From Candidatus Gastranaerophilales bacterium (GTDB lineage: Bacteria > Cyanobacteriota > Vampirovibrionia > Gastranaerophilales > Gastranaerophilaceae), in contig CALVBT010000003.1 in NCBI GenBank assembly GCA_944325885.1, forward strand, positions 40,251 through 104,250: a stretch of 64,000 bases of DNA, in the 5' to 3' direction. The notes under the pieces were generated by a model that worked only from the letters and a program-made list of their open reading frames with translations, searched no databases and had not been told where the DNA came from. Every line of letters starts with the position of its first letter. Positions within the stretch are counted from its first letter, which is position 1. Shown in pieces: positions 23,372 through 33,011 of the stretch. The position numbers and the translations under genes were made by a program.

Positions 23372-23590
23372 TTTTTCTCCAAATAAATCCTCTATCAATA
23401 TAATTTTATAATAACCGTAAAATAATTTTGAGAACACGTAAAAAATCTTTACAAAGCCGCAAAAGCCAGTAATAGCAAATTACAATAGCCCATAACCAAA
23501 ACAAAAAACACAAATTTTATTAAAGAAACCTCTGACTCAGCCGATATCCATAACATATATTAATTTACTATTCAGGGAAAGGCACATCTT

Positions 23591-25552
23591 ATGTTCGGAA
23601 AAAAACTACAAATTGGCGAAGGCGACAAGTATGATTTTACAAAAGTTTCTACCTCAGAAGTAACCAGAGAAGAAATCGTAAAAAAGAACAACAGGCTTAT
23701 CGATATTTTTAAACATTTTGATACTGACAAAGACGGTAAGCTAAATTCCGCAGAAATGGCAAAAGCAATGGAAGCCATTGATTCTTTTGATACAAGCGGC
23801 AATGACAAACTGTCTAAAAAAGAATTGCAAAAAGCTGCCGAAGGTTTTAACGAAGCATACAATCTCACAGGTGACAATAAAGTCAAAGCAAAAGATTTTA
23901 AAGAATTTGTAAAAAATATGTTCGCCGCTACAAAAGGCGATGAAATGACAGACACACAAAAAGTTCTGGCTGAATATGAAAAGCAGCAGGCACAACTCAA
24001 AAAACAAGCATTTTGGGCCGAGCTGGACAAAGCCGCTGCGGATTGGGGATTTGAACCGACAAAAAATGAAGGCGTATACTGGAGCGAACAAGAAAAAATG
24101 TACGCAAAATACGACGCTGAAAACAAATCCTTGCGATATGCAAAATGGAACAACGAAACCCAAGAATTTGAATTTATGACAGATGAAGAAATTAATGCAG
24201 CACGTGCAGCAAATCAAAATCCTGTAGAAAAAGAAGAAGAAACTCCCGAACTGCATAAATATACGGTGCAACCGGGTGAAAGTTTTACAGCGGTAATCAA
24301 AAAATCTCTGGCAGCACAAGGGATAGAAAACCCGACCGATGAACAAATTGCACAGGCAAAAGAACAGTTTAAAAAAGACAACCCTGATGCTGTTAAAACC
24401 CTCAAAAACGGTTATGAGTTTTTAGATGTCGGCGCAGAAGTAAACCTGCAGGGTGAAGTGGAATCTCCGATGACATCAGAAGAAGCTGAGATAGCCTGGG
24501 CAAAAGCGAACCCGAACCTTGTATCAGAAGCCTGGATAAAAGACCATCCGGATGTAAAACTGGATAGGACACCCCCTGCGGGCGAAGACCCTGTAGATCC
24601 GGCAGGCGGCGACCCGAAAGCTAAAGGTACAGGCGACCCAAAAACTCCTGAACAGCGTGCGGCTGACGTAAAAGCAATGGCAGATGACATTGCACCTGAT
24701 TATACACCCAAAGAAAAACTGAATGACAGGTTACAAAATGGTGCAAAAGAAGTAGCGAATAATCAAGAAAAAGGCAAAAAGGCCAAAGAAAACATAGACA
24801 ATATTTTGGACTATGAATGGACAGGTGCTGATTCATTCCGCAGTGCAATGAACAATAAAGAATACTACAATAAATATACAATAGCATATATTGTAGATGA
24901 AAATATTGCAGAGCGTATAGATAATGTGCTGGGGCTTGATAAAAAAGATGTGTATAAATACATACTCACACCCCTAAAAGAAGCAGCAAGTGAAGTACCG
25001 GGCGTTGATAAAGATTATATTGCATCAATAAATGAAGATATGTCACTTGAAGAAATGCAAGAAGTAATAAACAACTTGTCAAAAGAAATCAAGGATGAAG
25101 ACGAGTTTGTAACAGAAGAAGCGAACAAAAACTTGGCAGCAGTTAACGATGAAGCTGCAGACCTTAAAAAACTCAAAAATAATGAAGAATTCATCAAAAA
25201 ATCGAATCTATCTCTTGCAAGAGTGGTGGATATGGTCGAAAATGAGCCGGATAATGTCACATTCACAAAAGGAGAAGATGGCCGTGAATATGCAGAACTT
25301 CCCGATGGAACAGCAATTAGGATAACTCGTGATGACGATGGAAATATTAAATATGTAGATATAATGAACCCCGGCGGTCCGGATTCAACTTTTGATATTG
25401 GATATAGACAAAGTGGCAATATGTATTTTGATCCGGACGGAAAGTCTGATGGTTCGGGCAAGTATAAAGAGTCTATCCAAGGCGGATTTGACTTTGCAAA
25501 AATCAAGGCACTGGCAGAAAGAATCTTTGGTGCAAAGCCAAAAGAAGAATAA
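23591..25552 (+). CDS. EF-hand pair and LysM-like motif protein, acidic, no obvious signal peptide
   Basis: 653 aa. Canonical EF-hand loops DTDKDGKLNSAE and DTSGNDKLSKKE. LysM-like YTVQPGESFTAVIKKSL. The rest is Lys/Glu/Asp-rich and unrecognised. Confidence 0.65.
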   Translation: MFGKKLQIGEGDKYDFTKVSTSEVTREEIVKKNNRLIDIFKHFDTDKDGKLNSAEMAKAMEAIDSFDTSGNDKLSKKELQKAAEGFNEAYNLTGDNKVKAKDFKEFVKNMFAATKGDEMTDTQKVLAEYEKQQAQLKKQAFWAELDKAAADWGFEPTKNEGVYWSEQEKMYAKYDAENKSLRYAKWNNETQEFEFMTDEEINAARAANQNPVEKEEETPELHKYTVQPGESFTAVIKKSLAAQGIENPTDEQIAQAKEQFKKDNPDAVKTLKNGYEFLDVGAEVNLQGEVESPMTSEEAEIAWAKANPNLVSEAWIKDHPDVKLDRTPPAGEDPVDPAGGDPKAKGTGDPKTPEQRAADVKAMADDIAPDYTPKEKLNDRLQNGAKEVANNQEKGKKAKENIDNILDYEWTGADSFRSAMNNKEYYNKYTIAYIVDENIAERIDNVLGLDKKDVYKYILTPLKEAASEVPGVDKDYIASINEDMSLEEMQEVINNLSKEIKDEDEFVTEEANKNLAAVNDEAADLKKLKNNEEFIKKSNLSLARVVDMVENEPDNVTFTKGEDGREYAELPDGTAIRITRDDDGNIKYVDIMNPGGPDSTFDIGYRQSGNMYFDPDGKSDGSGKYKESIQGGFDFAKIKALAERIFGAKPKEE

Positions 25553-25588
25553 TAAATTAAATACAAAAGCAAAAGCAGCTCCGGACAA

Positions 25589-25608
25589 AACAGCTCGGGG
25601 CTGTTTTT
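25589..25608 (+). terminator. Weak rho-independent terminator after the EF-hand protein gene
   Basis: AACAGC-TCGGG-GCTGTT followed by TTTAT, 37 nt after the stop. Confidence 0.35.
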
Positions 25609-25699
25609 ATATATTTTGTAGTTTTGAAGCACCCAGTTGCGGCTTTGTCCATGATTTAGCTGTGTTTGGAATCTCTTGCCGATTTTATATTTATATTTG

Positions 25700-25920
25700 T
25701 TCATTTTCTTTCTTTGTTGCGATGCAAAGAAAGAAAATGAACCAAAAGAAAGAAACTCGCATTGTTGTTACAGACACTATGTTTTTATCTGCAAAATTTT
25801 CTAACCGCTTTCGCTTAACGAAAATTTTGGGCGAAAAAACTAAGTGTCTGTAATCAAGGTTACAACGGCATAGCCGTATTTGTTTTGTATTTTGTAATGA
25901 CAAGCAATATATTTGTTACA
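25700..25920. repeat. Structured intergenic repeat element, copy B
   Basis: Arms 25704-25716 TTTTCTTTCTTTG and 25725-25737 CAAAGAAAGAAAA form a perfect 13-bp stem. A third purine arm lies at 25743-25755. ACAACGGCATAGCC is at 25862-25875 and GCAATAT at about 25903. Same order, orientation and spacing as copy A. Confidence 0.6.
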
Positions 25921-25955
25921 ATTTTTTCAAAGTTTTTACGGCTAACAAATTCGAA

Positions 25956-27038
25956 TTACAACACAGTAAGCTGCACGCTCAGGTTGTTTATTTTTGCCAG
26001 AGTGAACAAGAAATCGTCATTAGACACATCCTGCAATGACTGCGGGATATAGATTTCTTTATATTTTTGGATAGCATATCTGTCTGTCATACCGGAGATA
26101 TAATCACACACAGTTCGTTTTATTTCTTCTTCATTTTGATTGGGTAATTTTTGTTTCAAAAGTGCTTCGTAATGATTAAACAGCCCGTAGACTATGCCTT
26201 TTACTTTAGATTCTTCTTTTTTAGCCACAGAGTTTGTATAAACATTTTTGAACATCCACGTTCTCAATTTGTCTATATGATAAAACGCATCATCAGACAT
26301 ACAGATATGGTCTTTGCCCATGGAATTTTGCACGATATCCATAACCATTTTTGTTATACGCTCACTTCTGTCAACAGAAAAATACTCTATACAATCCTGA
26401 GGCAGGTCGCTTTCTTTTATGATACCGGCTCTCATTGCGTCGTCGATATCATGGTTTATGTATGCAATTTTATCGGAAATTTTCACTATTTTTCCTTCGA
26501 GAGTAAAGGCCTTGCTCTCTTTTTTCAAAGAGCCGGAGTGGTGCAAAATGCCATCCAAAGTTTCTTGAGTGAGGTTGAGGTCTTCTATAATGGTTGCAAC
26601 ACGCACGGAATGTTCTGCATGGCGAAAGCCGGAATCCATAATTTCGTTGAGGACATCCTCTCCGCTATGGCCGAACGGTGTATGCCCGAGGTCGTGGCCC
26701 AGTGCAATTGCTTCTGCAAGGTCTTCGTTCAAGTTCAACGCACGTGTGATTGTTCTTGCTATTTGCGAAACCTCTAAGGTATGTGTCATTCTGGTTCTGA
26801 AATGGTCGTTTGTCGGTGAGAAAAACACCTGAGTCTTATGTTTTAATCTTCTAAAAGCTTTAGAATGTATTATTCTATCTCTATCACGCTGAAATTCTGT
26901 TCTCAAAGGACATTTTTCTTCTTCTTTTGCTCTGCCTTTTGAGAGTGCGCTTTTTGCAGCATAGGGGCTGAGTTCTTCCAGCTCTTTTCTTTCCTGCTGT
27001 TCTCTTATGTTTAAAGTTTCGTTATTTGTGAATGGCAT
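25956..27038 (-). CDS. dGTP triphosphohydrolase-like HD-domain protein
   Basis: The track ORF runs to 27230. Homologues begin near the FQRDRDRIIHSKAFRRLKHKTQVF block, so the ATG at 27038 (MPFTNNETL..., 360 aa) is more likely. HD motif GHDLGHTPFGH. Confidence 0.8.
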   Translation of the reverse strand: MPFTNNETLNIREQQERKELEELSPYAAKSALSKGRAKEEEKCPLRTEFQRDRDRIIHSKAFRRLKHKTQVFFSPTNDHFRTRMTHTLEVSQIARTITRALNLNEDLAEAIALGHDLGHTPFGHSGEDVLNEIMDSGFRHAEHSVRVATIIEDLNLTQETLDGILHHSGSLKKESKAFTLEGKIVKISDKIAYINHDIDDAMRAGIIKESDLPQDCIEYFSVDRSERITKMVMDIVQNSMGKDHICMSDDAFYHIDKLRTWMFKNVYTNSVAKKEESKVKGIVYGLFNHYEALLKQKLPNQNEEEIKRTVCDYISGMTDRYAIQKYKEIYIPQSLQDVSNDDFLFTLAKINNLSVQLTVL

Positions 27039-27514
27039 CAGGTCTTTATCCCTTTTATATGAAGTACTTTCAGTTTTTATTTTAGCATGAATAAAGACAC
27101 TTTTTTGTTTTAATACATTTGATGGAGTTGATAAGTTTTTGATAGAACTTTTTTGCTCTTTAAGAGGCATAAGATATTTACTTCTTCGTTCCGACTTCGT
27201 CGTCCCTCCTTCGTAGTCACTCCGAAGCAAACATCTTACACCTCTTTATTGATGCAGTGGAATTTGATTTTGAAACCTTTTACGAAGCTTTGTACAACAA
27301 CTTATCAAAACATCTGCAGGGCGAGTGTGTCTGAGGGCTGGGTAATTATAACAAACACTTTTTATTTTTGTTAGAAAATCTATTTTGACAGCCCGAGTTG
27401 CGAGCCTTGAGTTTTGATTAGTTGATGTAAAAGCGTAGTATCAGGTTGAAAAATTAAATTTTGCTGCAAGAACAAAGCAGAAGGTAGACTTTTAATAATT
27501 ATCTGCATCAATTT

Positions 27515-29296
27515 TCATGTTGAAAAAAGCAAATTCCGCTCAAACTCATCCCTGTCCAAAAACGGAAACATATCTTCCAAACTCGGCGAAACCATAGTCC
27601 CGTCAGGCAGAGTTCTTGCAGACAATTTGGGCAAAAATGCATATTCCTTTTCCGTCAAGACTTCGCAGATTACAGGCTCTTTAAAACTCAACACCTGAGA
27701 TATCTGCTCTTTCATAGTTTTGGGGTCAGAAACTCTTACAGACCTGATTCCAAAACCATCTGCCAGTTTGCAAAAATCAGGGATACTAACACCGCTGTCC
27801 TCACCTGAGCCGGTCATATGTCCGTCAAAGAAATTCCGCTGAGTCTGGCGGATAGAAGAATATCCGGAATTGTTTATCACAAATATCTTTAACGGCAGTT
27901 TGTTGTAAGAAACTGTCTGCAGTTCCTGAATATTCATCATAATAGACCCGTCACCCGTAAGACAGATAACGTTACGGCCGCCCGCTTCATAACAGGCACC
28001 GAGAGCTGCAGGCAGGTCATAGCCCATAGATGCATCACCGGAATTCCAGAAAACACGCTGTTTTGGCTTTACAATTGCCGTCTGATGAGAGCAAACACAC
28101 GCAGAACCGTTGCCGGCAATCATTATATCACCCTCTTGCATACACTCAGAAAGCGTATGCACAAAATCATAAACATTGATTACATTGTCTTTTGAATGAT
28201 ACTCTTTTGTGTTTTTAAAAGAATATTTTTCAAGAAGCTTCTTACAAAAGCCGAGCCACTCTTCTACCTCGAGAGAAGGAAAAGCCTTTATCAATTCCGG
28301 CAAAAACTCGGACAAATCAGCATTTATTTTCAAATCAGGTTCTACTGTAGGTTTTTCAAGTTCTGACGGGTCAATATCAACAACTATTTTAAAAGCATTT
28401 TTTGCAAAATTCTCCCAGTTATAGCTGACCTGTCTTATATTGTTTCTTGTTCCGAGAAACAGTATCACATCAGCGTTTTGCAGAGTAAAATTTCCTGCCC
28501 TTTGTCCGACGGTACCTATTCTTCCGCAAAAATTCTTATGCGAAGATTCTACCAAATCCACTCCGTTAAACGTTGTCACAACAGGGATATTCGTCTTGTT
28601 TAAAAATTCATAAAAAATCTTTTCCACTCCGGCGAGCCTTATCCCATGGCCTGCAACAATTAACGGTCTTTTAGCAGATTTTAATTTGTTTACAACCTCT
28701 GCAATTTTCAAGTCAAAAGAAGGTTTTTCCGGTGCGGAAAAATCGACCAGTTCATCTTCATCTATCAAAGCAGACTGCACATTCATCGGAATATCCAGCC
28801 ACACAGGGCCTTTTCTGCCGGTGGTTGCCTCATAAATCGCTCTATCGATATGATATTTTATCTCGAGCGGGTTCGTCACCATTTTTGCATACTTTGTCAA
28901 AGGTTTTACAACAGAGATGATATCAACCTCCTGATCGCCCAATTGTCTTAAAGGAATTTGAGGACACGAGGCCATTGTAGTAGAGTATTTTACCTGTCCT
29001 GAAATATACAAAACAGGCACGCTGTCCGTCCACTGACCGAATACGCCGTTCAAACAATTCAATCCGCCGGGGCCAGTTGTCACATTGACCACAGCAAGAC
29101 GCTGATTGACCCTTGCATAGCCTTCCGCAGCGATTGCACAGCCCTGTTCATGATGGTTTGCCGTATATTTTAAATATCTGCCGAGGCTGTCATTAAGATG
29201 CATTGCGCCGCCGCCTGATACCATAAAAAAATGCTCGACGTTATGAACTTCCTTCAACCTTTTTGCTATATAATCAGACAATTTTATTTTAGACAT
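27515..29296 (-). CDS. Thiamine-diphosphate-dependent enzyme, acetolactate-synthase-large-subunit-like (YerE-like candidate)
   Basis: 593 aa. ThDP-binding motif GDGSIMMNIQEL...NNSGY. ALS-like N-terminus. Embedded in the deoxysugar cluster. Confidence 0.75.
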   Translation of the reverse strand: MSKIKLSDYIAKRLKEVHNVEHFFMVSGGGAMHLNDSLGRYLKYTANHHEQGCAIAAEGYARVNQRLAVVNVTTGPGGLNCLNGVFGQWTDSVPVLYISGQVKYSTTMASCPQIPLRQLGDQEVDIISVVKPLTKYAKMVTNPLEIKYHIDRAIYEATTGRKGPVWLDIPMNVQSALIDEDELVDFSAPEKPSFDLKIAEVVNKLKSAKRPLIVAGHGIRLAGVEKIFYEFLNKTNIPVVTTFNGVDLVESSHKNFCGRIGTVGQRAGNFTLQNADVILFLGTRNNIRQVSYNWENFAKNAFKIVVDIDPSELEKPTVEPDLKINADLSEFLPELIKAFPSLEVEEWLGFCKKLLEKYSFKNTKEYHSKDNVINVYDFVHTLSECMQEGDIMIAGNGSACVCSHQTAIVKPKQRVFWNSGDASMGYDLPAALGACYEAGGRNVICLTGDGSIMMNIQELQTVSYNKLPLKIFVINNSGYSSIRQTQRNFFDGHMTGSGEDSGVSIPDFCKLADGFGIRSVRVSDPKTMKEQISQVLSFKEPVICEVLTEKEYAFLPKLSARTLPDGTMVSPSLEDMFPFLDRDEFERNLLFST

Positions 29297-29299
29297 AAT

Positions 29300-29953
29300 T
29301 TATACCCTGTGAGCCAATCCTTCCAATTTATCCAATTCTTCAAGAGTAATACAAAAATCAGCATTTTGTATAAGAGGTGTCTTGTCTTCGCCATATCCCC
29401 ACAAAGCTCCTGCCGCTGTAACAGAGCAGTTCTTTGCAGCAATGACATCGCTAGGGGCATCGCCCAGCATAACTGTTTCGTTTTTATCAAGTGAATATCG
29501 AGACAAGATATCTGATATCATTTCTTCTTTTGTAATATGTTTTTCAAATTTGTCTATTGTATAAACATCATCAAACATATCCAGACCGAATTTTTTTAAT
29601 ATACGAAATGTCGGTATTTTGGGTTTGAAAGTAGCAACGAAAAGTTTTTTACCGCTGCTTTTGAGCCTCAGCAAAAGCTCGTGCATTCCTTCATACATTT
29701 CTGTAATATCATTTTCGTCATAGTCATAAAACTGTCTGAAATTGTGTATAACAGACTCGATAATTTTTTCGTCCTGCAGCTCCGGTGCAATCAGAGAAAT
29801 TATCCCCCTCAAAGGCGGGCCTATGACATTAGAGGTAAGCCTTGCTTCATCGACTTTGTAGCCTGTTTTTTCAAAGGCTTTTTTAAAACATAACAAAACC
29901 TCTTTTGAAGAATTTACAATTGTTCCGTCCAAATCAAATATATAGTTATTCAT
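29300..29953 (-). CDS. HAD-superfamily hydrolase (phosphatase)
   Basis: 217 aa. Motif I FDLDGTIVNS. C-terminal GDAPSDVIAAKN (motif IV-like). Confidence 0.75.
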   Translation of the reverse strand: MNNYIFDLDGTIVNSSKEVLLCFKKAFEKTGYKVDEARLTSNVIGPPLRGIISLIAPELQDEKIIESVIHNFRQFYDYDENDITEMYEGMHELLLRLKSSGKKLFVATFKPKIPTFRILKKFGLDMFDDVYTIDKFEKHITKEEMISDILSRYSLDKNETVMLGDAPSDVIAAKNCSVTAAGALWGYGEDKTPLIQNADFCITLEELDKLEGLAHRV

Positions 29954-30764
29954 AAGTTCCGCCGGCCTCTTCTATAAGGGTTTTGTATCTGTTTTCGAGC
30001 ATTGTCAGACGCTGGGCATCTTCTTCAAAAATCATTTTGTAAAACTCACGTTTGTTCCTGAGCCACATAAGCTCAAAACCGACTGCTTTTAAAATCCCTT
30101 TGTCAGCATTCGGGTCTTGCAAAGCTGCCTGAGCATCAAAAATAATTTTTCTTGTTTCAAAACGTGTCAGGGCATTTTTTGGCAGTCTTTTAAAAAACGG
30201 CAGAGAATGAGCGGAAACGCCGCCTCCTATAACCATTTCTTTTCCTGCAGCGTGGAGTTTTTGCGCCATTGTGTTTGCAATTTCAAAAATTTCTTCTGTA
30301 TTAATATCTTCTCTTGTCAACCCCATTGAACCTGTCATATCAACACGTCCAAGCACTGCGCCTTGAATATCTTTAAAATCTTCAGAAGCTATCATTGCAT
30401 CAAGATTTTTAAAACCTGTAATAGTTTCGATATTCACAAGAAATTTTATATCAGCTCTTTCTTCTTCCGGAAAAACAAACTTTGTTGCATGAGCAAATTT
30501 TTTCATTGCATAAGGTGTTTCTATCATCGGGGCAACAATTGTATTTACACCGATTGTTCTTGCCTCGAACATATCTTTTATTGCCTCGCAGCCGCCTATT
30601 TTGATAGTCAAATCCAGGCCCGCTTTGGTCACAACTTCTTTCAATCTCATTGCTTCTTCCAGTCTGGTGCCTTCTGCCTCAAACTCTGCTTTTACACATT
30701 TTACGTGATGATTTTCTTTTAAATCTATCAAGGTATTTACCATTTTTTTCTCAAGCTGGTTCAT
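29946..30764 (-). CDS. HpcH/HpaI aldolase / citrate-lyase-beta-like family protein
   Basis: 272 aa. TIM-barrel-like pattern with AEFEAEGTRLEE and IVAPMIETPYAMKKF. The family assignment is from memory and moderate. Confidence 0.5.
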   Translation of the reverse strand: MNQLEKKMVNTLIDLKENHHVKCVKAEFEAEGTRLEEAMRLKEVVTKAGLDLTIKIGGCEAIKDMFEARTIGVNTIVAPMIETPYAMKKFAHATKFVFPEEERADIKFLVNIETITGFKNLDAMIASEDFKDIQGAVLGRVDMTGSMGLTREDINTEEIFEIANTMAQKLHAAGKEMVIGGGVSAHSLPFFKRLPKNALTRFETRKIIFDAQAALQDPNADKGILKAVGFELMWLRNKREFYKMIFEEDAQRLTMLENRYKTLIEEAGGTYE

Positions 30765-30774
30765 ATATATTTCC

Positions 30775-31659
30775 TTACTTATCTGTTTTTAACAATTCTA
30801 TATCAATCAAATCTTTATTTTTAGAATAATAATCGTACAGTTTTTCTATGGCTGTGTTAAACGGAGTAAATGCCATAGAACAAAATTCTGCCCTCAAACG
30901 GGAATTGTCCCCTGTGTAATCAAGACCATAGCCGTCTTGTGCTACCTTTATATCGTTATCGGGATTGCAAATCTCAACCACTGTTTTTGCCAGCTGCAAA
31001 AGGTCCGCAGGCTCATTTCCCGTAACATTGTACGAGCTGTATTTTACATCGTTTTCTATAAAAAACTCCAGAACAGGAAACAAGTCCTCAACAAAAATAT
31101 AGCTAAAACGTCTGTTTTGCCTCAACGTAACAGGGAGATTGAAAATACATTTACAAACTGCATTGGAAATAAAACGTATCTCCCAGTCCTCGTATTTGCC
31201 GAATATACCAAAAATATTGAGGTCAACAAAATTTTCGAGTTTTTCTATACATTTTTGCTCACAATATTTGCAAAATCCGTGTTCATCGGCCGGCATATTT
31301 TTGCAAATATCAGCCTCTTTTGCAAGCGTGATATTTTTTGACTGGTCATAAATCGCACCGGAGCCAAAGTTTACAAACTTTCCGAACTTATCTTTGTGTC
31401 TTACCAGATTTTCAAACATTCTCATATTTGAATAGAACAGATTTGTTCTGTCTTTTGCATTTCTGTGTCCCGGTTTTGCCGCAGCATGCAAAACAACATC
31501 AAAACTTTTGTTCTTAAAATATTCATCCACGCTGTCAGTATCAGCCAGATTCAGCTCAAAGCTTCTCGGAGCCGTTATCTCATATTTTTCTGCAAGATAA
31601 CTCTCAAGAATATTTTTACCTATAAAACCGTTTCCGCCTGTTAAAAGTATTTTTTTCAT
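30775..31659 (-). CDS. NAD(P)-dependent sugar epimerase/reductase (SDR; CDP-4-keto-dideoxyhexose reductase-like)
   Basis: 294 aa. Rossmann motif LLTGGNGFIGKN. Size and position resemble RfbJ/RfbS-type reductases next to ddhC. Confidence 0.65.
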   Translation of the reverse strand: MKKILLTGGNGFIGKNILESYLAEKYEITAPRSFELNLADTDSVDEYFKNKSFDVVLHAAAKPGHRNAKDRTNLFYSNMRMFENLVRHKDKFGKFVNFGSGAIYDQSKNITLAKEADICKNMPADEHGFCKYCEQKCIEKLENFVDLNIFGIFGKYEDWEIRFISNAVCKCIFNLPVTLRQNRRFSYIFVEDLFPVLEFFIENDVKYSSYNVTGNEPADLLQLAKTVVEICNPDNDIKVAQDGYGLDYTGDNSRLRAEFCSMAFTPFNTAIEKLYDYYSKNKDLIDIELLKTDK

Positions 31660-33011
31660 TACTTCTTCTTCTCTACAAATTTATGGATAAGTGCAGAGAT
31701 TTTATCAATCTCTTTTTCGCCCAATGCAGGAAATGTCCCGACCCAGAAGGTATTATTCATAATAAAATCAGTGTTCGGCAGCATTTTGTAATGTTCTTCA
31801 TTCAAGGTTGAAGAATTTATTACACCGGAATTTGCAATGCGTATATCTATTTCATCTTCAACAAAAGCCGGCTGCCTCAAAATATTTCCGGCAAAGAGCT
31901 GCCTTGTTCCCACGCCGTTTTTTTCCAGATATTCAACAAGCTCCTGCTTTGAAAAAGGTGCATTTTCTTTTACAGAAATCAAAAAACCAAACCACGAGGG
32001 CTTTACATCGCTGTGTATCACAGGCAAAATCAAATATTCCTGCAAATCAGAGAGCTTGCCTGTGAGATATTGTGCGTTTTTTGTTCTCTGTTTTAAAAAG
32101 GACGGCAGTTTTTTCAACTGTGCCAGTGCTATTGATGCCTGCCAGTCCGTAATCTTCAGGTTATAACCGAGATGAGAATATGTATATTTGTGGTCATAGC
32201 CGAAAGGAAGATTTCCAAGCTGCATTTTAAAACGTTTTTTGCAGGTATCGTCTTTACCGGTTTTGCACCAGCAGTCACGACCCCAATCTCTGAAAGAAAG
32301 AATAATTTTGTAAAGCTCAGGGTCATTTGTCACAACAGCACCGCCCTCACCCATGGTGATATGGTGAGCGGGATAAAAGCTGTATGTACCGATATGTCCG
32401 ACTGTTCCTGCTTTTTTGCCTTTATATTCTGCACCGAGAGCATCACAGCTGTCTTCTATGAGCCACAAGTTATGACGGCTGCAGATATCAGAAATTTTGT
32501 CCAAATCATAGGTATTGCCCAGAGTATGTGCAATAAAAACAGCCTTTGTTTTATCAGTGATTGCTTCTTCTATTTTGTTCGCATCTATATTATAAGTACC
32601 GATTTCACAATCCACAAACACAGGCACAAGCCCATTTTGAATTATTGGATTCACAGTAGTAGGGAAACCGGCTGCAACAGTAATCACCTCATCGCCTTTT
32701 TTGAGTCTGCGATTCGCAAGTTTGTGCGAAGTCAAAGCTGACAACGCAAGCAAATTTGCGCTGGAGCCGGAGTTTGTAGAAATTGCATACTTTACACCAA
32801 GATATTTTGCGAACTCTTTTTCAAACTCGTCATTAAATCTGCCTGTTGTAAGCCACATATCAAGTGACGCATCTATCATATTTTCCAGCTCTTCTTTTCC
32901 GAGCAATTTGCCAGAAACAGGCACATATTTTAAATCTTTTTTCTTCCCGAAAACAACAGCATAATATAACCCTGCGGCTGTTTTTACCAGATTACGCAAA
33001 AGTTTTTCCAT
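31659..33011 (-). CDS. ddhC: CDP-6-deoxy-L-threo-D-glycero-4-hexulose-3-dehydrase (RfbH/DdhC, E1)
   Basis: 450 aa. Long near-identical blocks to Salmonella RfbH as I remember it: WLTTGRFNDEFEKEF, GDEVITVAAGFPTTVNPIIQNGLVPVFVD, FRDWGRDCWC, GYDHKYTYSHLGYNLKITD. Confidence 0.9.
   Translation of the reverse strand: MEKLLRNLVKTAAGLYYAVVFGKKKDLKYVPVSGKLLGKEELENMIDASLDMWLTTGRFNDEFEKEFAKYLGVKYAISTNSGSSANLLALSALTSHKLANRRLKKGDEVITVAAGFPTTVNPIIQNGLVPVFVDCEIGTYNIDANKIEEAITDKTKAVFIAHTLGNTYDLDKISDICSRHNLWLIEDSCDALGAEYKGKKAGTVGHIGTYSFYPAHHITMGEGGAVVTNDPELYKIILSFRDWGRDCWCKTGKDDTCKKRFKMQLGNLPFGYDHKYTYSHLGYNLKITDWQASIALAQLKKLPSFLKQRTKNAQYLTGKLSDLQEYLILPVIHSDVKPSWFGFLISVKENAPFSKQELVEYLEKNGVGTRQLFAGNILRQPAFVEDEIDIRIANSGVINSSTLNEEHYKMLPNTDFIMNNTFWVGTFPALGEKEIDKISALIHKFVEKKK

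Noticed and set aside
25015-25704. 229-aa minus-strand ORF, plus the 193-aa and 201-aa ORFs at 23572-24346, antisense to the EF-hand protein gene.
   Set aside because: They are Ser/Phe/Leu-rich, low-complexity mirror translations of an acidic Lys/Glu-rich gene. The plus-strand ORF is three times longer and carries canonical EF-hand loops.
27039-27230. N-terminal 64-aa extension of the dGTPase-like ORF. Analogous upstream extensions occur at 23372-23437, 34066-34119, 61819-61884, 15568-15582 and 18670-18681.
   Set aside because: The extensions have no counterpart in the protein families as I know them. The internal ATGs have better RBS spacing or restore canonical N-termini, so the shorter starts are preferred.
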